Origin: Candidatus Bathyarchaeia archaeon
Lineage (GTDB): Archaea > Thermoproteota > Bathyarchaeia > Bathyarchaeales > Bathycorpusculaceae
NCBI GenBank assembly: GCA_049515895.1
Contig: JBEKTQ010000003.1
Coordinates: 1-64,000 of the forward strand
Direction: 5' to 3'
Length of the DNA stretch: 64,000 bases
The position numbers and the translations under genes were made by a program. The notes under the pieces are model-generated. The model was not told the origin of the DNA. It was given only the letters and a program-made list of their open reading frames with translations, and did not search any database. Positions 38,881 to 49,322 of this stretch are shown here, piece by piece (the first letter of the stretch is position 1; each line of letters starts with the position of its first letter).

Positions 38881-39735
38881 TCAAGAGTTAAATTCTTCAT
38901 TGAAAATAGCCAGTGAAGCCAGAAGCGCCTCTTCAGTTCTAACAGTCGCCGTACCCTGGGCAGGAATGGTATTAACCACAAAATCAACAATGGTCTCGAG
39001 TCTCGTTCCCTCCTCTTTGACAATTTCATGCAGACCACGCGTCGGGGCACCAAACGCAATCAAAATGTGCTGGGAGCGGTTCCATTTTTCGTAGATTCTT
39101 TCTCCGACCTGTTTGAAGTTGATGCCGAGCCTTGCCGTAGCAATGGTTAGGTCAAAGCCACCGTTTGAAACAAGCTGCCCGAACGGCTTGTTTTCCAGTC
39201 GGATCCTAAAACCCCAGTAAGCCTCGATGTCATCCCGATCTACTGTTTGAACATCAATTCGTTCAGAAACATTGACAACCTGAAGAGTCAGCCGGTCGCC
39301 TACAGCATGCTGAGTTTCCCTTAAAATGCCGGGCTGCCCAACGCCGATATCCACGAGCAACCCCTCCTTAGCCTTCGAAAGCACCAAGCCTTCACGGTAC
39401 ATGCCAGCCTTCAAATCCCTTGCTTTACCGCTTACTGGATGATGAGGAGTACGCAACGGCGGCAAAATCCCAGCGAACTGCAAGCGCGGCTCGAGTTTGA
39501 AAAGGCTTTTTCGCAGATACTGAGGCGTTTCCAAGTAGTTAAGCAGAAGCACAATAAACTCTAAGTCCCTTGCCTGGTTAGCCTTAGGGTTGTCTGGGTA
39601 AACAATGATTTGGTTAACCCTGAAAATCGCCGCTGCCCGTCCAATCAACCCAACCTTAGCTGTCTTCTCCCGAAGATGAGGTGTGTCTGAAATAGCGGAT
39701 GCTGGGATGGCGATTGAAAGTCTCTTTTTATCCAT
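38881..39735 (-). CDS. SPOUT RNA methyltransferase (MTH1/SPOUT1 family)
   Basis: LETPQYLRK, GILPPLRTPHH, QGTATVRTEEA. Confidence 0.9.
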   Translation of the reverse strand: MDKKRLSIAIPASAISDTPHLREKTAKVGLIGRAAAIFRVNQIIVYPDNPKANQARDLEFIVLLLNYLETPQYLRKSLFKLEPRLQFAGILPPLRTPHHPVSGKARDLKAGMYREGLVLSKAKEGLLVDIGVGQPGILRETQHAVGDRLTLQVVNVSERIDVQTVDRDDIEAYWGFRIRLENKPFGQLVSNGGFDLTIATARLGINFKQVGERIYEKWNRSQHILIAFGAPTRGLHEIVKEEGTRLETIVDFVVNTIPAQGTATVRTEEALLASLAIFNEEFNS

Positions 39736-39836
39736 GAATTTGTTTGGCTCCCGACAGCTAGATCGATACACGTCTGCGTTGAGCTTAAAAGGCGGAGTTT
39801 AGATATAAAATTGCGGGTTACTGGAGGAACATAGAA

Positions 39837-40937
39837 ATGGCAAGTTCCGTTTTAGACGACGCAGAAAGAATTAGATCCGTTGACAGAAGCAGCATGATTA
39901 ACTTTTGTGTTAACGCCGCGAAACTCTACCATGAAGCCTCTACGTTAGCCGCTAAGATCCAGGTTAACTATCCCAAACCAGAAAACGTAATCCTCGCGGG
40001 CATGGGCGGTTCAGGAATCGGAGGCGACCTGCTCAAAGACTGGGCTAAAAAACAAGCCGCCGTACCAATCGAAGTCAACAGAGAATACGAACTTCCAGAG
40101 TACGCTGGCAAAAAAACCCTTGTTTTTATCACAAGCTATTCAGGCGACACCGAAGAAACCCTCAGTTCTTTTCTTGACGCACTAAATCGGAAATGCATGA
40201 TTTTCTGCGTCAGCAGCGGCGGCGCCTTGCTTGAAAACGCTCAAAGGCTTGATGTGCCTTACCTGCGTGTTCCCAGCGGCATGCCTCCCAGAGCAGCGCT
40301 CCCTTACATGTTCGTTCCCCTTCTGATTTACATGCAGAAAGCAGGTTTAGTTGAAGGCGCTTCAAGAGAGCTATCCGAAGCTGTTCAAGTTCTCGAGAAA
40401 ATAAGCCAAGAAAACGCGCCTGCCAAGCCCACAGTAGAGAACTACGCCAAAGCCTTAGCTTTAAATATTGGAAAATCCTCGCCAATCATCTATGGGTTTG
40501 GCATGTACCGCAGTGTTGCACTACGTTTTAAGCAGCAGTTCAATGAGAACAGCAAGATTCCAGCGAAATCAGATGTTTTCAGCGAGCTCAATCACAACGA
40601 GATTGTAGGTTGGGAACGTGCTGGCGAGCTCGCCAAGTGCTATTCAGCAATCTTTCTGAGAGACAGTGACGAGCCAACTGCGATTCAAAGCCGAATCGAA
40701 ATTACAAAGGAGCTCATGGAACAAGAGGAAGTTGGGATCCTCGAAATTCAGGCGCAAGGCAAAAGCAGCCTAGCACGGATGCTGTCAACAATTCTAGTCG
40801 GCGACTTCACAAGCGTTTATCTGGCTGCCTTGCACGGAGTTGACCCCACTCCAGTAAAAACCATAAACTACCTGAAAAACACGCTGAAACAAAACGGGTT
40901 CAGAGAGAAAATAATAAGCGAACTAGCAAAACTTTAG
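39837..40937 (+). CDS. Bifunctional phosphoglucose/phosphomannose isomerase
   Basis: GMGGSGIGG, SYSGDTEET, SSGG, QFNENSK, ELNHNE. Confidence 0.93.
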   Translation: MASSVLDDAERIRSVDRSSMINFCVNAAKLYHEASTLAAKIQVNYPKPENVILAGMGGSGIGGDLLKDWAKKQAAVPIEVNREYELPEYAGKKTLVFITSYSGDTEETLSSFLDALNRKCMIFCVSSGGALLENAQRLDVPYLRVPSGMPPRAALPYMFVPLLIYMQKAGLVEGASRELSEAVQVLEKISQENAPAKPTVENYAKALALNIGKSSPIIYGFGMYRSVALRFKQQFNENSKIPAKSDVFSELNHNEIVGWERAGELAKCYSAIFLRDSDEPTAIQSRIEITKELMEQEEVGILEIQAQGKSSLARMLSTILVGDFTSVYLAALHGVDPTPVKTINYLKNTLKQNGFREKIISELAKL

Positions 40938-40970
40938 CTGCAAACTCAAAAAAAACATGTTCTCTAACGA

Positions 40971-41624
40971 CTAATCCTTCTTTCGGGCACTAATGACTAT
41001 TGAAGCAATCAACACAATTAACACGATAATGGTCGCAATAACCAAGTAAAACGTTCTCTGATTCAACCCTAGAATTTGAGGGCTCCAAATATTTGTCGCA
41101 GTGGCTCTGGCATTGACAGTGTAATTTCCCAAGTTATCAACGCTCTGAACGTAGAACCCCGTAGCTTTATCCCATTCCTTGTTTCTTTCAACGCCGCCTG
41201 CAGTACTGTTTGTGAACGTGATTGTTCTGTCTGCTCCAGCGACGGTTTTTTGCATTTGACCTTGAATGGTTACGTTACTGTTAATTGATGAATCGTAGAA
41301 GGATTCTCCTGGACTAAGATTTGCAGGTATGATTATCCAAGCTTGAACGTCTCCGGCGGAGAAATTAAAGAACCTAACGGAACTCGAGACCGTTCCATTA
41401 ACGTATTTGACAGTAAAATTAGCATGAAACACTTCGCCTTCTACATCCAAAATCTCAATTTTAGCCCACGTTAAATCTTGAGCGGCAGGCGTTGCACCAG
41501 TAGTTTTGACAGAGTACTCAACCCAATATCCTGTCTTAACGCCCACTGAGGGCTGAGCCTCCGTCACAGTTATCGAAATAAATACAAAAGCAATAATTAT
41601 TATTGCGGCAGCAATTTTGTGCAT
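40971..41624 (-). CDS. Secreted membrane-anchored protein
   Basis: Signal peptide, beta-rich body, C-terminal TM. Confidence 0.75.
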   Translation of the reverse strand: MHKIAAAIIIIAFVFISITVTEAQPSVGVKTGYWVEYSVKTTGATPAAQDLTWAKIEILDVEGEVFHANFTVKYVNGTVSSSVRFFNFSAGDVQAWIIIPANLSPGESFYDSSINSNVTIQGQMQKTVAGADRTITFTNSTAGGVERNKEWDKATGFYVQSVDNLGNYTVNARATATNIWSPQILGLNQRTFYLVIATIIVLIVLIASIVISARKKD

Positions 41625-41722
41625 TAAACGGACTCAAATATGAGTTCATTTTTTCTATTAAAATACTTTTTGTTGAAGGAAGATTTGGAATGCGTGAGGC
41701 AAAAATTGTTTCCGAAAGAATT

Positions 41723-42775
41723 TCAAGCGATGAATTTCGCAAATTCCTTTTCGGCAACGTCCATTGGCACAATTTGCGGCGGACGTTTAAAGGCATAGGC
41801 ACAAACAGGTTCCACCGCCCCACTAAACTTCCTATTCAAAGCTAGTTTCATCGCGCGGACTACGTCGAAGAGCACGCTGCCAGCGTTTGGAGCGTCGACA
41901 GTTTGAAATTTGAGGTCGATTTTCATTGGTGCATGGCAGAAGTAAACGCCGCTTATCCAGAAGTAGCTGTCGCGTTTGTTTTGCAGAAAATCAACGTAGT
42001 CAGTTGAGCCAGCCACAACTTCAGCCTTGTAGGGTATTGATGCAGCCACTGATTCAGTTTTTATGCTGCGTTTAGCATCTCGACTTCGATCCATAGTATC
42101 CACGGATTCTGTTCCCCCGCCTACATCAAGCTGGTAAGTCTCATCAATTTTAACGCCGCTATCGCTAAGCAGCTTAAGCAATGTCTTGTGAAGGGCAGTT
42201 GAACCAACCTGATCCACAAGATCGTCGCCGACAAGTGGGAGTTTTGCGTCAGCGAACCTTTTAGCCCAAGCTGAATCGCTAGCTATGAAGGTCGGCGTAG
42301 CATTGACGAATGCGCATCCCGCCGCCAAAGCCTGCTCCGCATACCACCGTGAAGCCTGTGAGGCTCCGCTTGGAAGCAAATTAACCATGACCTCAGCACC
42401 AGCATCCTTGAGAACCCTTACAACATCTGCATCAAGGACAGCGCTAACTTGAACGATGGCTTTACTTGATTTTCCCAAACCGTCAAGCAACGGACCCTTA
42501 CTAACCCTAACACCCAACTGAGGTACGTCAACAACCTTTGGCGCGTTGTTCGGCAGAGCAAATATAGCTTCAGAGAGGTCTTTTCCAACTTTCCGGTCAT
42601 CTACATCAAAAGCCGCAACCACCTCGATGTCTTCGGAGCTTAAACCTGCCAAAACTGGATTGCGCAACCCAACAAAGTCTTCGGGTTTGCTGAATTTCTT
42701 GTAGTAATGGACGCCTTGGATGAAGGCTGAGGCGCAGTTTCCAACGCCGATTAATGCAACTTTAACCTTGGGCAT
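41723..42775 (-). CDS. ino1: myo-Inositol-1-phosphate synthase
   Basis: GVGNCASA, VAAFDVD, FVNATP, GDD..QVGST, DAPNAG. Confidence 0.88.
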   Translation of the reverse strand: MPKVKVALIGVGNCASAFIQGVHYYKKFSKPEDFVGLRNPVLAGLSSEDIEVVAAFDVDDRKVGKDLSEAIFALPNNAPKVVDVPQLGVRVSKGPLLDGLGKSSKAIVQVSAVLDADVVRVLKDAGAEVMVNLLPSGASQASRWYAEQALAAGCAFVNATPTFIASDSAWAKRFADAKLPLVGDDLVDQVGSTALHKTLLKLLSDSGVKIDETYQLDVGGGTESVDTMDRSRDAKRSIKTESVAASIPYKAEVVAGSTDYVDFLQNKRDSYFWISGVYFCHAPMKIDLKFQTVDAPNAGSVLFDVVRAMKLALNRKFSGAVEPVCAYAFKRPPQIVPMDVAEKEFAKFIA

Positions 42776-42912
42776 GTGTGGCACCTTGCTTGGCTTTTCT
42801 ATTTGCGATTGCATTATAAAAAGATACGCCGTCGATTTCCCACGCTAGTCAGCACCTATGCGTAATTTATCATAGATTTTTTAAACAAACTTCAACTAGT
42901 CAATCATGACTA

Positions 42913-43632
42913 TTGATGAAACGGTTCTCCACCACCGAACTTGACCAGATTAAAACGTTTGTAGAAAAGGGTGCAAGCCTAAACGAGATAAGCTCTCAGA
43001 TGGGACGCTGCAAGTCTGCCATTCAGTATCATGTCGCAAAGGTAAGAGTGAAGAACCCAAGAGAAAAAACCTTATTGATGGAAAAATTAACGGATTTGGA
43101 ATTGGGTTAGCTTATTGGCTGCTACGCTGGTGACGGTAGCCGCCTTTTCAGGAAGGAAGACTATTCTTACAGCATCAAGTTTGCGCTAAACGAAAACGAA
43201 TACCCGATTGTTGAAAGAGTTGAAAACTTCCTTTCCAAAGGTGGATTAAAAACATGGAGATCCATCGAAGGCAAACGGGTATATGTTAAATGTAAAAACA
43301 AGAAATTCTACTGTTTTGTCGAGAAATATCTGGCTTGGAAGGGCACCAGAAAATCCAACTCGGTACATCTGGCTGACTTCGGTTCTTACTCAAGGGATTT
43401 CTTGTTTGGGTTTCTTTGCGGAATCATAGATGCAGAAGGCGGAACCAAAAAGCTGTACATTTCAACCTCTTCCCCGATGTTAGCTGAAAACATAATTGAG
43501 ATTGCTTCATTGATGAATATCCGCTCCAAAAAATACACTTACGACGTCTTCCACGTTTACCTAAGAAAGAACGATTTCGTAATTGCTTGCGAAAACCACC
43601 GCTTTTCCTCCATTAAACACCGCGGAAAGTAA
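42913..43632 (+). pseudogene. HTH + double-motif LAGLIDADG protein interrupted by one in-frame TAG (43108-10)
   Basis: ELG*LIGCYAGDGS and FLCGIIDAEGG in the same frame, no other stops over 240 codons. Confidence 0.8.
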
Positions 43633-43673
43633 GTAGGATGGGCTGGGAAGGGATCTCCCCTTCCGCTCCAGAA

Positions 43674-43779
43674 TGGACTGGGCGGGATTTGAATTCGCGA
43701 GCACAGCCGCAAAGTGCTGAGCTTCCCGCGACCTCCACGATGCCAACGTGGCGATCATACCAGACTGATCTACCAGCCC
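43674..43779 (-). tRNA. tRNA-Ala(GGC) with 31-nt intron at position 53/54 (43694-43724)
   Basis: GGGCTGG/CCAGTCC acceptor with G3-U70, CCACG-TTGGCAT-CGTGG anticodon arm, GCGGG[intron]TTCAAAT-CCCGC T-arm. Confidence 0.9.
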
Positions 43780-43940
43780 TCAGCCACACATAGCACGCAC
43801 AAAAACAATTTAAGGATTATGCATCAGAAAAGCCCAATATTAGCAGAGTTTGAAGACATACATTCGATTACTATATCGGATTCTGGCGCTATCTTTTTGT
43901 ACATCCAATAGTTGAGGCAAAAAGCAAAATAAAAACAGTG

Positions 43941-44315
43941 TTATCTAAGACGCCCCGCTTTTCTTGCTTTTTTTCTTATTCGCTCCAAAGCCAAAAGATC
44001 CTTGTAGTAATTAAGCCTGATCAGTTCGAAAACATCTTGACTCTCAGGTTTATAGGTCGTTTCCGTATTGAAAACAGCCGCAGTTCCCGCTGATACCGCA
44101 ATCGTTCCGGCCATTAAGACCTTTGCTTCTTTAATAGGCATGAAATCTGGAAGGGCCTTAGGATTGTATAAAACAACCCAGTCTAGATCTTTTTGCGTTT
44201 GGTATTGTGCTCCAATACCGCCAGTGTTGCCTTTTCCATAAACTTTTACTTCCCGTTGTTTTGAAGTACCGACGGCAATAAGAAAGGGCTCATTGTCGTA
44301 TTTGGCTTCAACTAC
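43941..44315 (-). pseudogene. Decayed hypothetical gene
   Basis: Frame is open upstream of the annotated Met to ~44315 with no start codon, then hits stops. Confidence 0.4.
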
Positions 44316-44542
44316 TTAACATCTGGATTATCAATGATTAATGAACCCTCGAAAGACTTCTTTTTCTTCTGCCTCTTAAGGAAATTGGGGGTACGCAATT
44401 TTATCGTTTTTCATTGTGATTTGTCCCACTATAAAAGACTGGATTCTCATCGGAAGACTTTTTTCCATATGGAAACAAAAATCTTTCAAAAGTAATAGCT
44501 ATAACAAATTATTGAGCAAGGGAGAGACACATTTGCGTCCGA

Positions 44543-44565
44543 GGGTTCAAATCCCGACTCGTCCA
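44543..44565 (+). other. tRNA 3'-end fragment (att-like scar)
   Basis: GGGTTCAAATCCCGACTCGTCCA = T-loop plus acceptor 3' strand, no 5' half upstream. Confidence 0.6.
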
Positions 44566-44628
44566 CTATTTTTGCTTACAACCAGACACGAGTCTAAATC
44601 ACAAGAAACCTTATGAATTAGCGAAAAC

Positions 44629-45201
44629 ATGAACAATCTGGTGGGGACCCAATGCATGTCAAGTTCTGAAAGGTTGTTGGGAATCGTTAAAGACGTTGTT
44701 TTGCCGGTTGATGTCCGCACTAGGTATGATGTTTATTTTACGGACAAACGTGTTGCGATTGTTTGCCTGGGTAGGGCAGATCGTTTTGAATCCGAGACAT
44801 TGCAGCCGCTTTCCGTAATGCCTTCAGTATTTGGGGTGCCTCCGCCCATGTCATCGAGTGTGGAAAAGACACAGAACCTAGAATCGATTGATGAAAAAAT
44901 AAAAGACTGGTCTTTAGACGACATTTTGAAGCTCAGCAAGAAAAGCTGCTTCTACACTCATGATGAAATCGGAGAGGTGAAATTGATTTGTGGACACAGC
45001 CCAAAGTTCATTATTTTGAGCAAAGAATGCGAATCAAAGTTTTCTCCCGATGAGGAGCAGTTCAAGCAGCTAATCGAAATATTAACGACGGTAGAACCGT
45101 TGACGAACAAGCTTTGGATCGCCGGCAAATGGAACATGCTTTTCGACATGGGATTCATGAAGCCTTTCTGCAAATTCTACGAGAAAGGAGCTACGAAATA
45201 A
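44629..45201 (+). CDS. Hypothetical protein (PH-like)
   Basis: YDVYFTDKRVAIV motif. Confidence 0.6.
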   Translation: MNNLVGTQCMSSSERLLGIVKDVVLPVDVRTRYDVYFTDKRVAIVCLGRADRFESETLQPLSVMPSVFGVPPPMSSSVEKTQNLESIDEKIKDWSLDDILKLSKKSCFYTHDEIGEVKLICGHSPKFIILSKECESKFSPDEEQFKQLIEILTTVEPLTNKLWIAGKWNMLFDMGFMKPFCKFYEKGATK

Positions 45202-45503
45202 TTTGGCTATTCTTCATTGCTTGCTAACTGTTCATGCGAGACTTGTTTCATCTACAAGGTGTACTGTGCCGTCTGCGCAGTAGATCTGTTCTCCGAACGA
45301 AACGCGTCGGTAACTTCTAATGCATGGCTCTTGCCGTTCACAACCACCGCAACCTTGCGGAACCATTTTTTTCATATTTTCTATCTTCCACAATTACTAT
45401 TGTGACCGTTTAATTTAAGGAGTTTTGCGCGTCAGGGCTTGGTTGGGTGGCGTAAATCTTAAGTTATGCAAAGCCGTTGTGGCAGTAGGAAAATCGAGGA
45501 TAA

Positions 45504-45800
45504 ATGAACATTGCAAATGTAGCTTTGAGCGTCGCCAGCATCATCAACTTCACAGCCCTGCTGCTAATGTTGCGCGCGGTCATCAAGAACAGGAATGCAC
45601 TGCGGGGGTACAGCGTCTCCGGTTCATTCTTAACATTCATTTCCATCGTAGGCTTCCAAATCGCGTATTACCTGCTGGGCAACTCAATCGGGTTCATACT
45701 GGGTTGGGTAAGCGTTGCGTTCTGGTTCATCGCCTTCATCTACACACTGCGGCAACGTCTGAAAGGCACCGAACCAGAGAAGGAAATGGTTGAGCCTTAA
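45504..45800 (+). CDS. Three-TM membrane protein (PQ-loop/SemiSWEET-like)
   Basis: Three TM helices, GYSVSG. Confidence 0.55.
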   Translation: MNIANVALSVASIINFTALLLMLRAVIKNRNALRGYSVSGSFLTFISIVGFQIAYYLLGNSIGFILGWVSVAFWFIAFIYTLRQRLKGTEPEKEMVEP

Positions 45801-46696
45801 AGTGCCAGATGTCTACTAGAGATTAATCCTATGGTGTAATTTAGTGTTCCATGGGATGGACTCACTGAGTAGCTTAACCCTGCCCATGAAAAACGATTTC
45901 TCGTCCTTTCCCAACCTCTGAACAAAGCCGCTTCAGGAATCTTTTGCAAACTAAACGAAAGCTCCCCATTGAAGTTAAACAATGAAGCAAAATTCGCAAC
46001 AACCGCATCCCAAGCGCCGATTTTTCTTCCGTGCAGTTTCAAGCCGCTGGCGTCAACGTACTTTTCAAAAATTGCGGCTCCTTGTTCATTTAGAACCAAA
46101 ATTTCTGCACATTCTTCTTTAGATAAAGCTGAAAAATCAACGTTGACATTGATGTAAGTTGGGTAGATCTCATAATTCAAAGTTACGGAGCCCCTATCTT
46201 TTACTTTGATGAATTCAGTCCTTACCTTCGCCATCTGACGAAGCTCCATAATCGCATTGAAGAACGGCGACATGCTTTTTTTGGCAAGGTATGCTTTTTC
46301 GAATGTCTTTCTTATCGAAGAATAAAACCCGTCATCAATGTAGGTTGTTTGCCCAAACTTCTTCCTGGAGATTGCATCCATAACGTACCTCTTGCTTAAC
46401 TTGCAGACTGAGGGTGTTTCCATTATTGAGATTTCGGCGGAACTGGAAAAGTAGGTTTTATCTCGGTACTTAACAACTGGAACTCCAAAGCCGAGCCCTT
46501 CCTCGATTAACTCTTCACCGTCAAGCATCAGGACTATGCCCTTTTGAATTGATGCTGTCTCCATGCAATGAGGACTACAGTCTTCATACAGCCTCACTGA
46601 TAATTGTTTAGTTAGCTGTGCAGTAACGGGTTCCTCTGCGTTGACCAAACATGATTTCTGATTGCTCATAGGAAAATTCACATTTACACCTTTCAA
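45797..46696 (-). CDS. Hypothetical protein
   Basis: 299 aa, beta-rich. Confidence 0.7.
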   Translation of the reverse strand: MKGVNVNFPMSNQKSCLVNAEEPVTAQLTKQLSVRLYEDCSPHCMETASIQKGIVLMLDGEELIEEGLGFGVPVVKYRDKTYFSSSAEISIMETPSVCKLSKRYVMDAISRKKFGQTTYIDDGFYSSIRKTFEKAYLAKKSMSPFFNAIMELRQMAKVRTEFIKVKDRGSVTLNYEIYPTYINVNVDFSALSKEECAEILVLNEQGAAIFEKYVDASGLKLHGRKIGAWDAVVANFASLFNFNGELSFSLQKIPEAALFRGWERTRNRFSWAGLSYSVSPSHGTLNYTIGLISSRHLAL

Positions 46697-46853
46697 GTCA
46701 TTCTTACAATCAGCCCAATCATTTTCCCAGTCTTTGATCTTCCTAAATATTTAATAACATAATCGCGTTAACATTGATTGTCAAAACTGCGTTGTTCCAA
46801 TCGAGCTGTCACTGAACTATTCTAAAGATTGGTAACTGGCGGAGTTAAAGATT

Positions 46854-48026
46854 TTGCTTTGGAATTACCTTTGGCTAATTTGGGTACTGTCGTCAATCCT
46901 GTTCATCAGGTTCTACTTTTACCTGATATCGCAACATTCCAAGCTGGTGGCGAAACCGATAAAGGAAAGATTTGGAACCCCAAAAATCATTTTTCAAATA
47001 ACTACCAAAGGCAACATTGGAATAGTCCAGGAAACGATTAATCGCGTGAATAGCGTTTGCGCAGACATTGAGTATAAGAAATATGAATTGTGGGTTGTAA
47101 CAGATGCACAGGAAAAGTTTGAAGGGTGCAGAACAATCGTAGTTCCACAGAACTACAGCTGTAACGCAATCCATAAAGGCAGAGCACTTCAGTATTCGGT
47201 TGAAGTTCGAAGAAGTGAAAACAAATGCGACAAAGACACCTACGTATTTCACCTCGACGATGAAAGCTTAATCACAAAACAAACGTTATGCAGCATACTC
47301 TGCTACCTAGAGGACAAACCTAAGCCAATAAGCGAAGGCTTAATAATTTATCCAGTGCAAAAAAAAGAAGAAATCAAAGTTTCTAACCTTATGGATACAC
47401 TTAGGCCCTTTTGCTGCTACGAATGTTTAGCGTTGATGAGCGGCGGAAATCCAGCATACATCCACGGGTCAAATCTTCTGGTGAGAAGCGACGTGGAAGA
47501 TGAAGTCGGTTGGACAAACGGGAAAACCTTAGCTGAAGACACCCTGTTCGCCATCAACGCCCGATTGAAGTTTGGAAAAGACGCTTTTGGATGGCACGGC
47601 GGAGTTGTTGAAGAGAAAAGCCCTCTGAATCTAAAAGACTTAATCCGGCAGCGGCGAAGATGGTTTTACGGCTTAATCATGAATATGAAGTTTTTCGAAA
47701 CAGGCGAGAAAATTAGGCAATGCGTCAGAACATTAATTTGGTCGTCGGGTTTGGTTTCAGGGATTGCATCAATTTTCACTTTTTTCATCTTTCAAAAAAT
47801 CCCGTTTTGGGAATTGAGAGTCTGCTTTACCATAACCAGTTTGATGTGGCTGTTTTCATATCAAATAGGAGCTTACGTAAACGGAAAATATCTCCCATTG
47901 AAAAAGAGAATAACCTTCCACTTCTTAACCTTGGTATCTTCAATAATCATAGGAATGCTTGAATGCCTTACGCCTGTAATCGCCATCCTAAAAAAACCCA
48001 AAACGTTTGAAGTCATCCAAAAATAA
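46854..48026 (+). CDS. Membrane GT2 glycosyltransferase (Egghead-like)
   Basis: HKGRALQY, FHLDDES, LAED, QRRRW. Confidence 0.85.
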   Translation: MLWNYLWLIWVLSSILFIRFYFYLISQHSKLVAKPIKERFGTPKIIFQITTKGNIGIVQETINRVNSVCADIEYKKYELWVVTDAQEKFEGCRTIVVPQNYSCNAIHKGRALQYSVEVRRSENKCDKDTYVFHLDDESLITKQTLCSILCYLEDKPKPISEGLIIYPVQKKEEIKVSNLMDTLRPFCCYECLALMSGGNPAYIHGSNLLVRSDVEDEVGWTNGKTLAEDTLFAINARLKFGKDAFGWHGGVVEEKSPLNLKDLIRQRRRWFYGLIMNMKFFETGEKIRQCVRTLIWSSGLVSGIASIFTFFIFQKIPFWELRVCFTITSLMWLFSYQIGAYVNGKYLPLKKRITFHFLTLVSSIIIGMLECLTPVIAILKKPKTFEVIQK

Positions 48027-49322
48027 TCAATCTACAACATCAATCTGCTGATTAAATTTCTTCAATAGAAGGATCTTGATAACTAACATCCAAGCAAAAA
48101 CCTGCCAAAGCACGACGATCAAAAACCGTGCGATTAGTCTCCAATTTCTAATGTTATGCTCAATTTGAATCGCAGATGCGACAAGCGATTGGGGAGAGAC
48201 AAGGTAAAAAAGTTGAACAAAATTAGTCGTGAGGACCATGAAAACTAGTGTAATGACCCACAAAAAGTGGAAGTTGCGGAAATTGATTTTCGTAAATGGC
48301 AAAGCTAAGAGAGCTAAAACGATTACCACGTTGATGTAAGGTTCTGAGAGCCAAGAGTAGGTGAGGAAAAAGATAAGCATAATGCCGATTGCTTTCTGGG
48401 TTAGTTCATTGAATGTTTTAGGCGGATCACGGTAAACCAAGTAGTAACCCAACATCAAAGCAGGTACCCAAATGTAGCCGAAGAGCTCAAGCCCCGTCGG
48501 AATCGTAACCGTATTCTTGAAGATTTCCACCACGTCGAAAGGCGTCATGCCGCCGGCTCTTGTGAAATATGAGGCTAACTGGCTGCTTGAAGTGGGCATG
48601 CTCCAACCGAGGGGGAAGAAAGGCAGAATCCATAAAGCTACGATTACCGCAACTGAAATCAGAATGTACTGCAATGTTTTTGACCAATGAGGTCTTGGGG
48701 TAAAGAGAAAAGGCAAGCCCAGGAGCGGAAGGGAAATCGGTTTCAACACAACACTCAGGGAAAGCAGAATTGCACTTCCCTTAATCCTGCCTTTGCTCAA
48801 GAGATAAAGTGAAGAGACACATAGGAGCGCTATGAGAGTGTCGAATTGTCCCCAAGCAGTGGTTGTAAGCAGCACGAAAGGATTGAACAGCAAAAAAAGC
48901 CATGCGAACTTGATTTTTCGTTCTGATGCACCTTGCTGACGCAGAATGCTCTTAGTGATGTAGGCTAATCCTATGTTAGCGGCGATGACTGGAAGTTTTA
49001 TCGCAAAGTTATACAGAAAAATGTTTGGCAAAATGTTATAGGAAAGCTTGTAAATGGCGCCTAAAAGCAGAGGCCACAATGGTGGATCACCAATAATTGG
49101 GTTAACTCCAACTAGGTGAGGAGAAAAAACTGTGATTAAGTGAGGTTGGTAAGGGTTTAACCCAGCACTTACTAAGTACCCTGTATCCATAAACGATGTT
49201 TGGTCGTAGGCGTGCCCGAGAAAGATCGCTAAAGGGACCTGCACGGCAACACTTAAAAGCGCTGCAAGAACGTCACGGTTAACGTGGAACTTCACCATAA
49301 AATCTTCCCAAACTTGTTCCAA
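48027..49322 (-). CDS. GT-C fold glycosyltransferase (PIG-M/GT87-like)
   Basis: DPPLWP, KLPVIAAN, LLFNPF..WGQFD, VVLKP; multi-TM. Confidence 0.75.
   Translation of the reverse strand: MEQVWEDFMVKFHVNRDVLAALLSVAVQVPLAIFLGHAYDQTSFMDTGYLVSAGLNPYQPHLITVFSPHLVGVNPIIGDPPLWPLLLGAIYKLSYNILPNIFLYNFAIKLPVIAANIGLAYITKSILRQQGASERKIKFAWLFLLFNPFVLLTTTAWGQFDTLIALLCVSSLYLLSKGRIKGSAILLSLSVVLKPISLPLLGLPFLFTPRPHWSKTLQYILISVAVIVALWILPFFPLGWSMPTSSSQLASYFTRAGGMTPFDVVEIFKNTVTIPTGLELFGYIWVPALMLGYYLVYRDPPKTFNELTQKAIGIMLIFFLTYSWLSEPYINVVIVLALLALPFTKINFRNFHFLWVITLVFMVLTTNFVQLFYLVSPQSLVASAIQIEHNIRNWRLIARFLIVVLWQVFAWMLVIKILLLKKFNQQIDVVD

Noticed and set aside
43108-43110. Genome-wide TAG recoding (pyrrolysine or alternative code)
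   Set aside because: Many intact genes end at TAG at their expected length (Rieske, PGI/PMI, pheT); only one internal TAG, at a position where Trp fits
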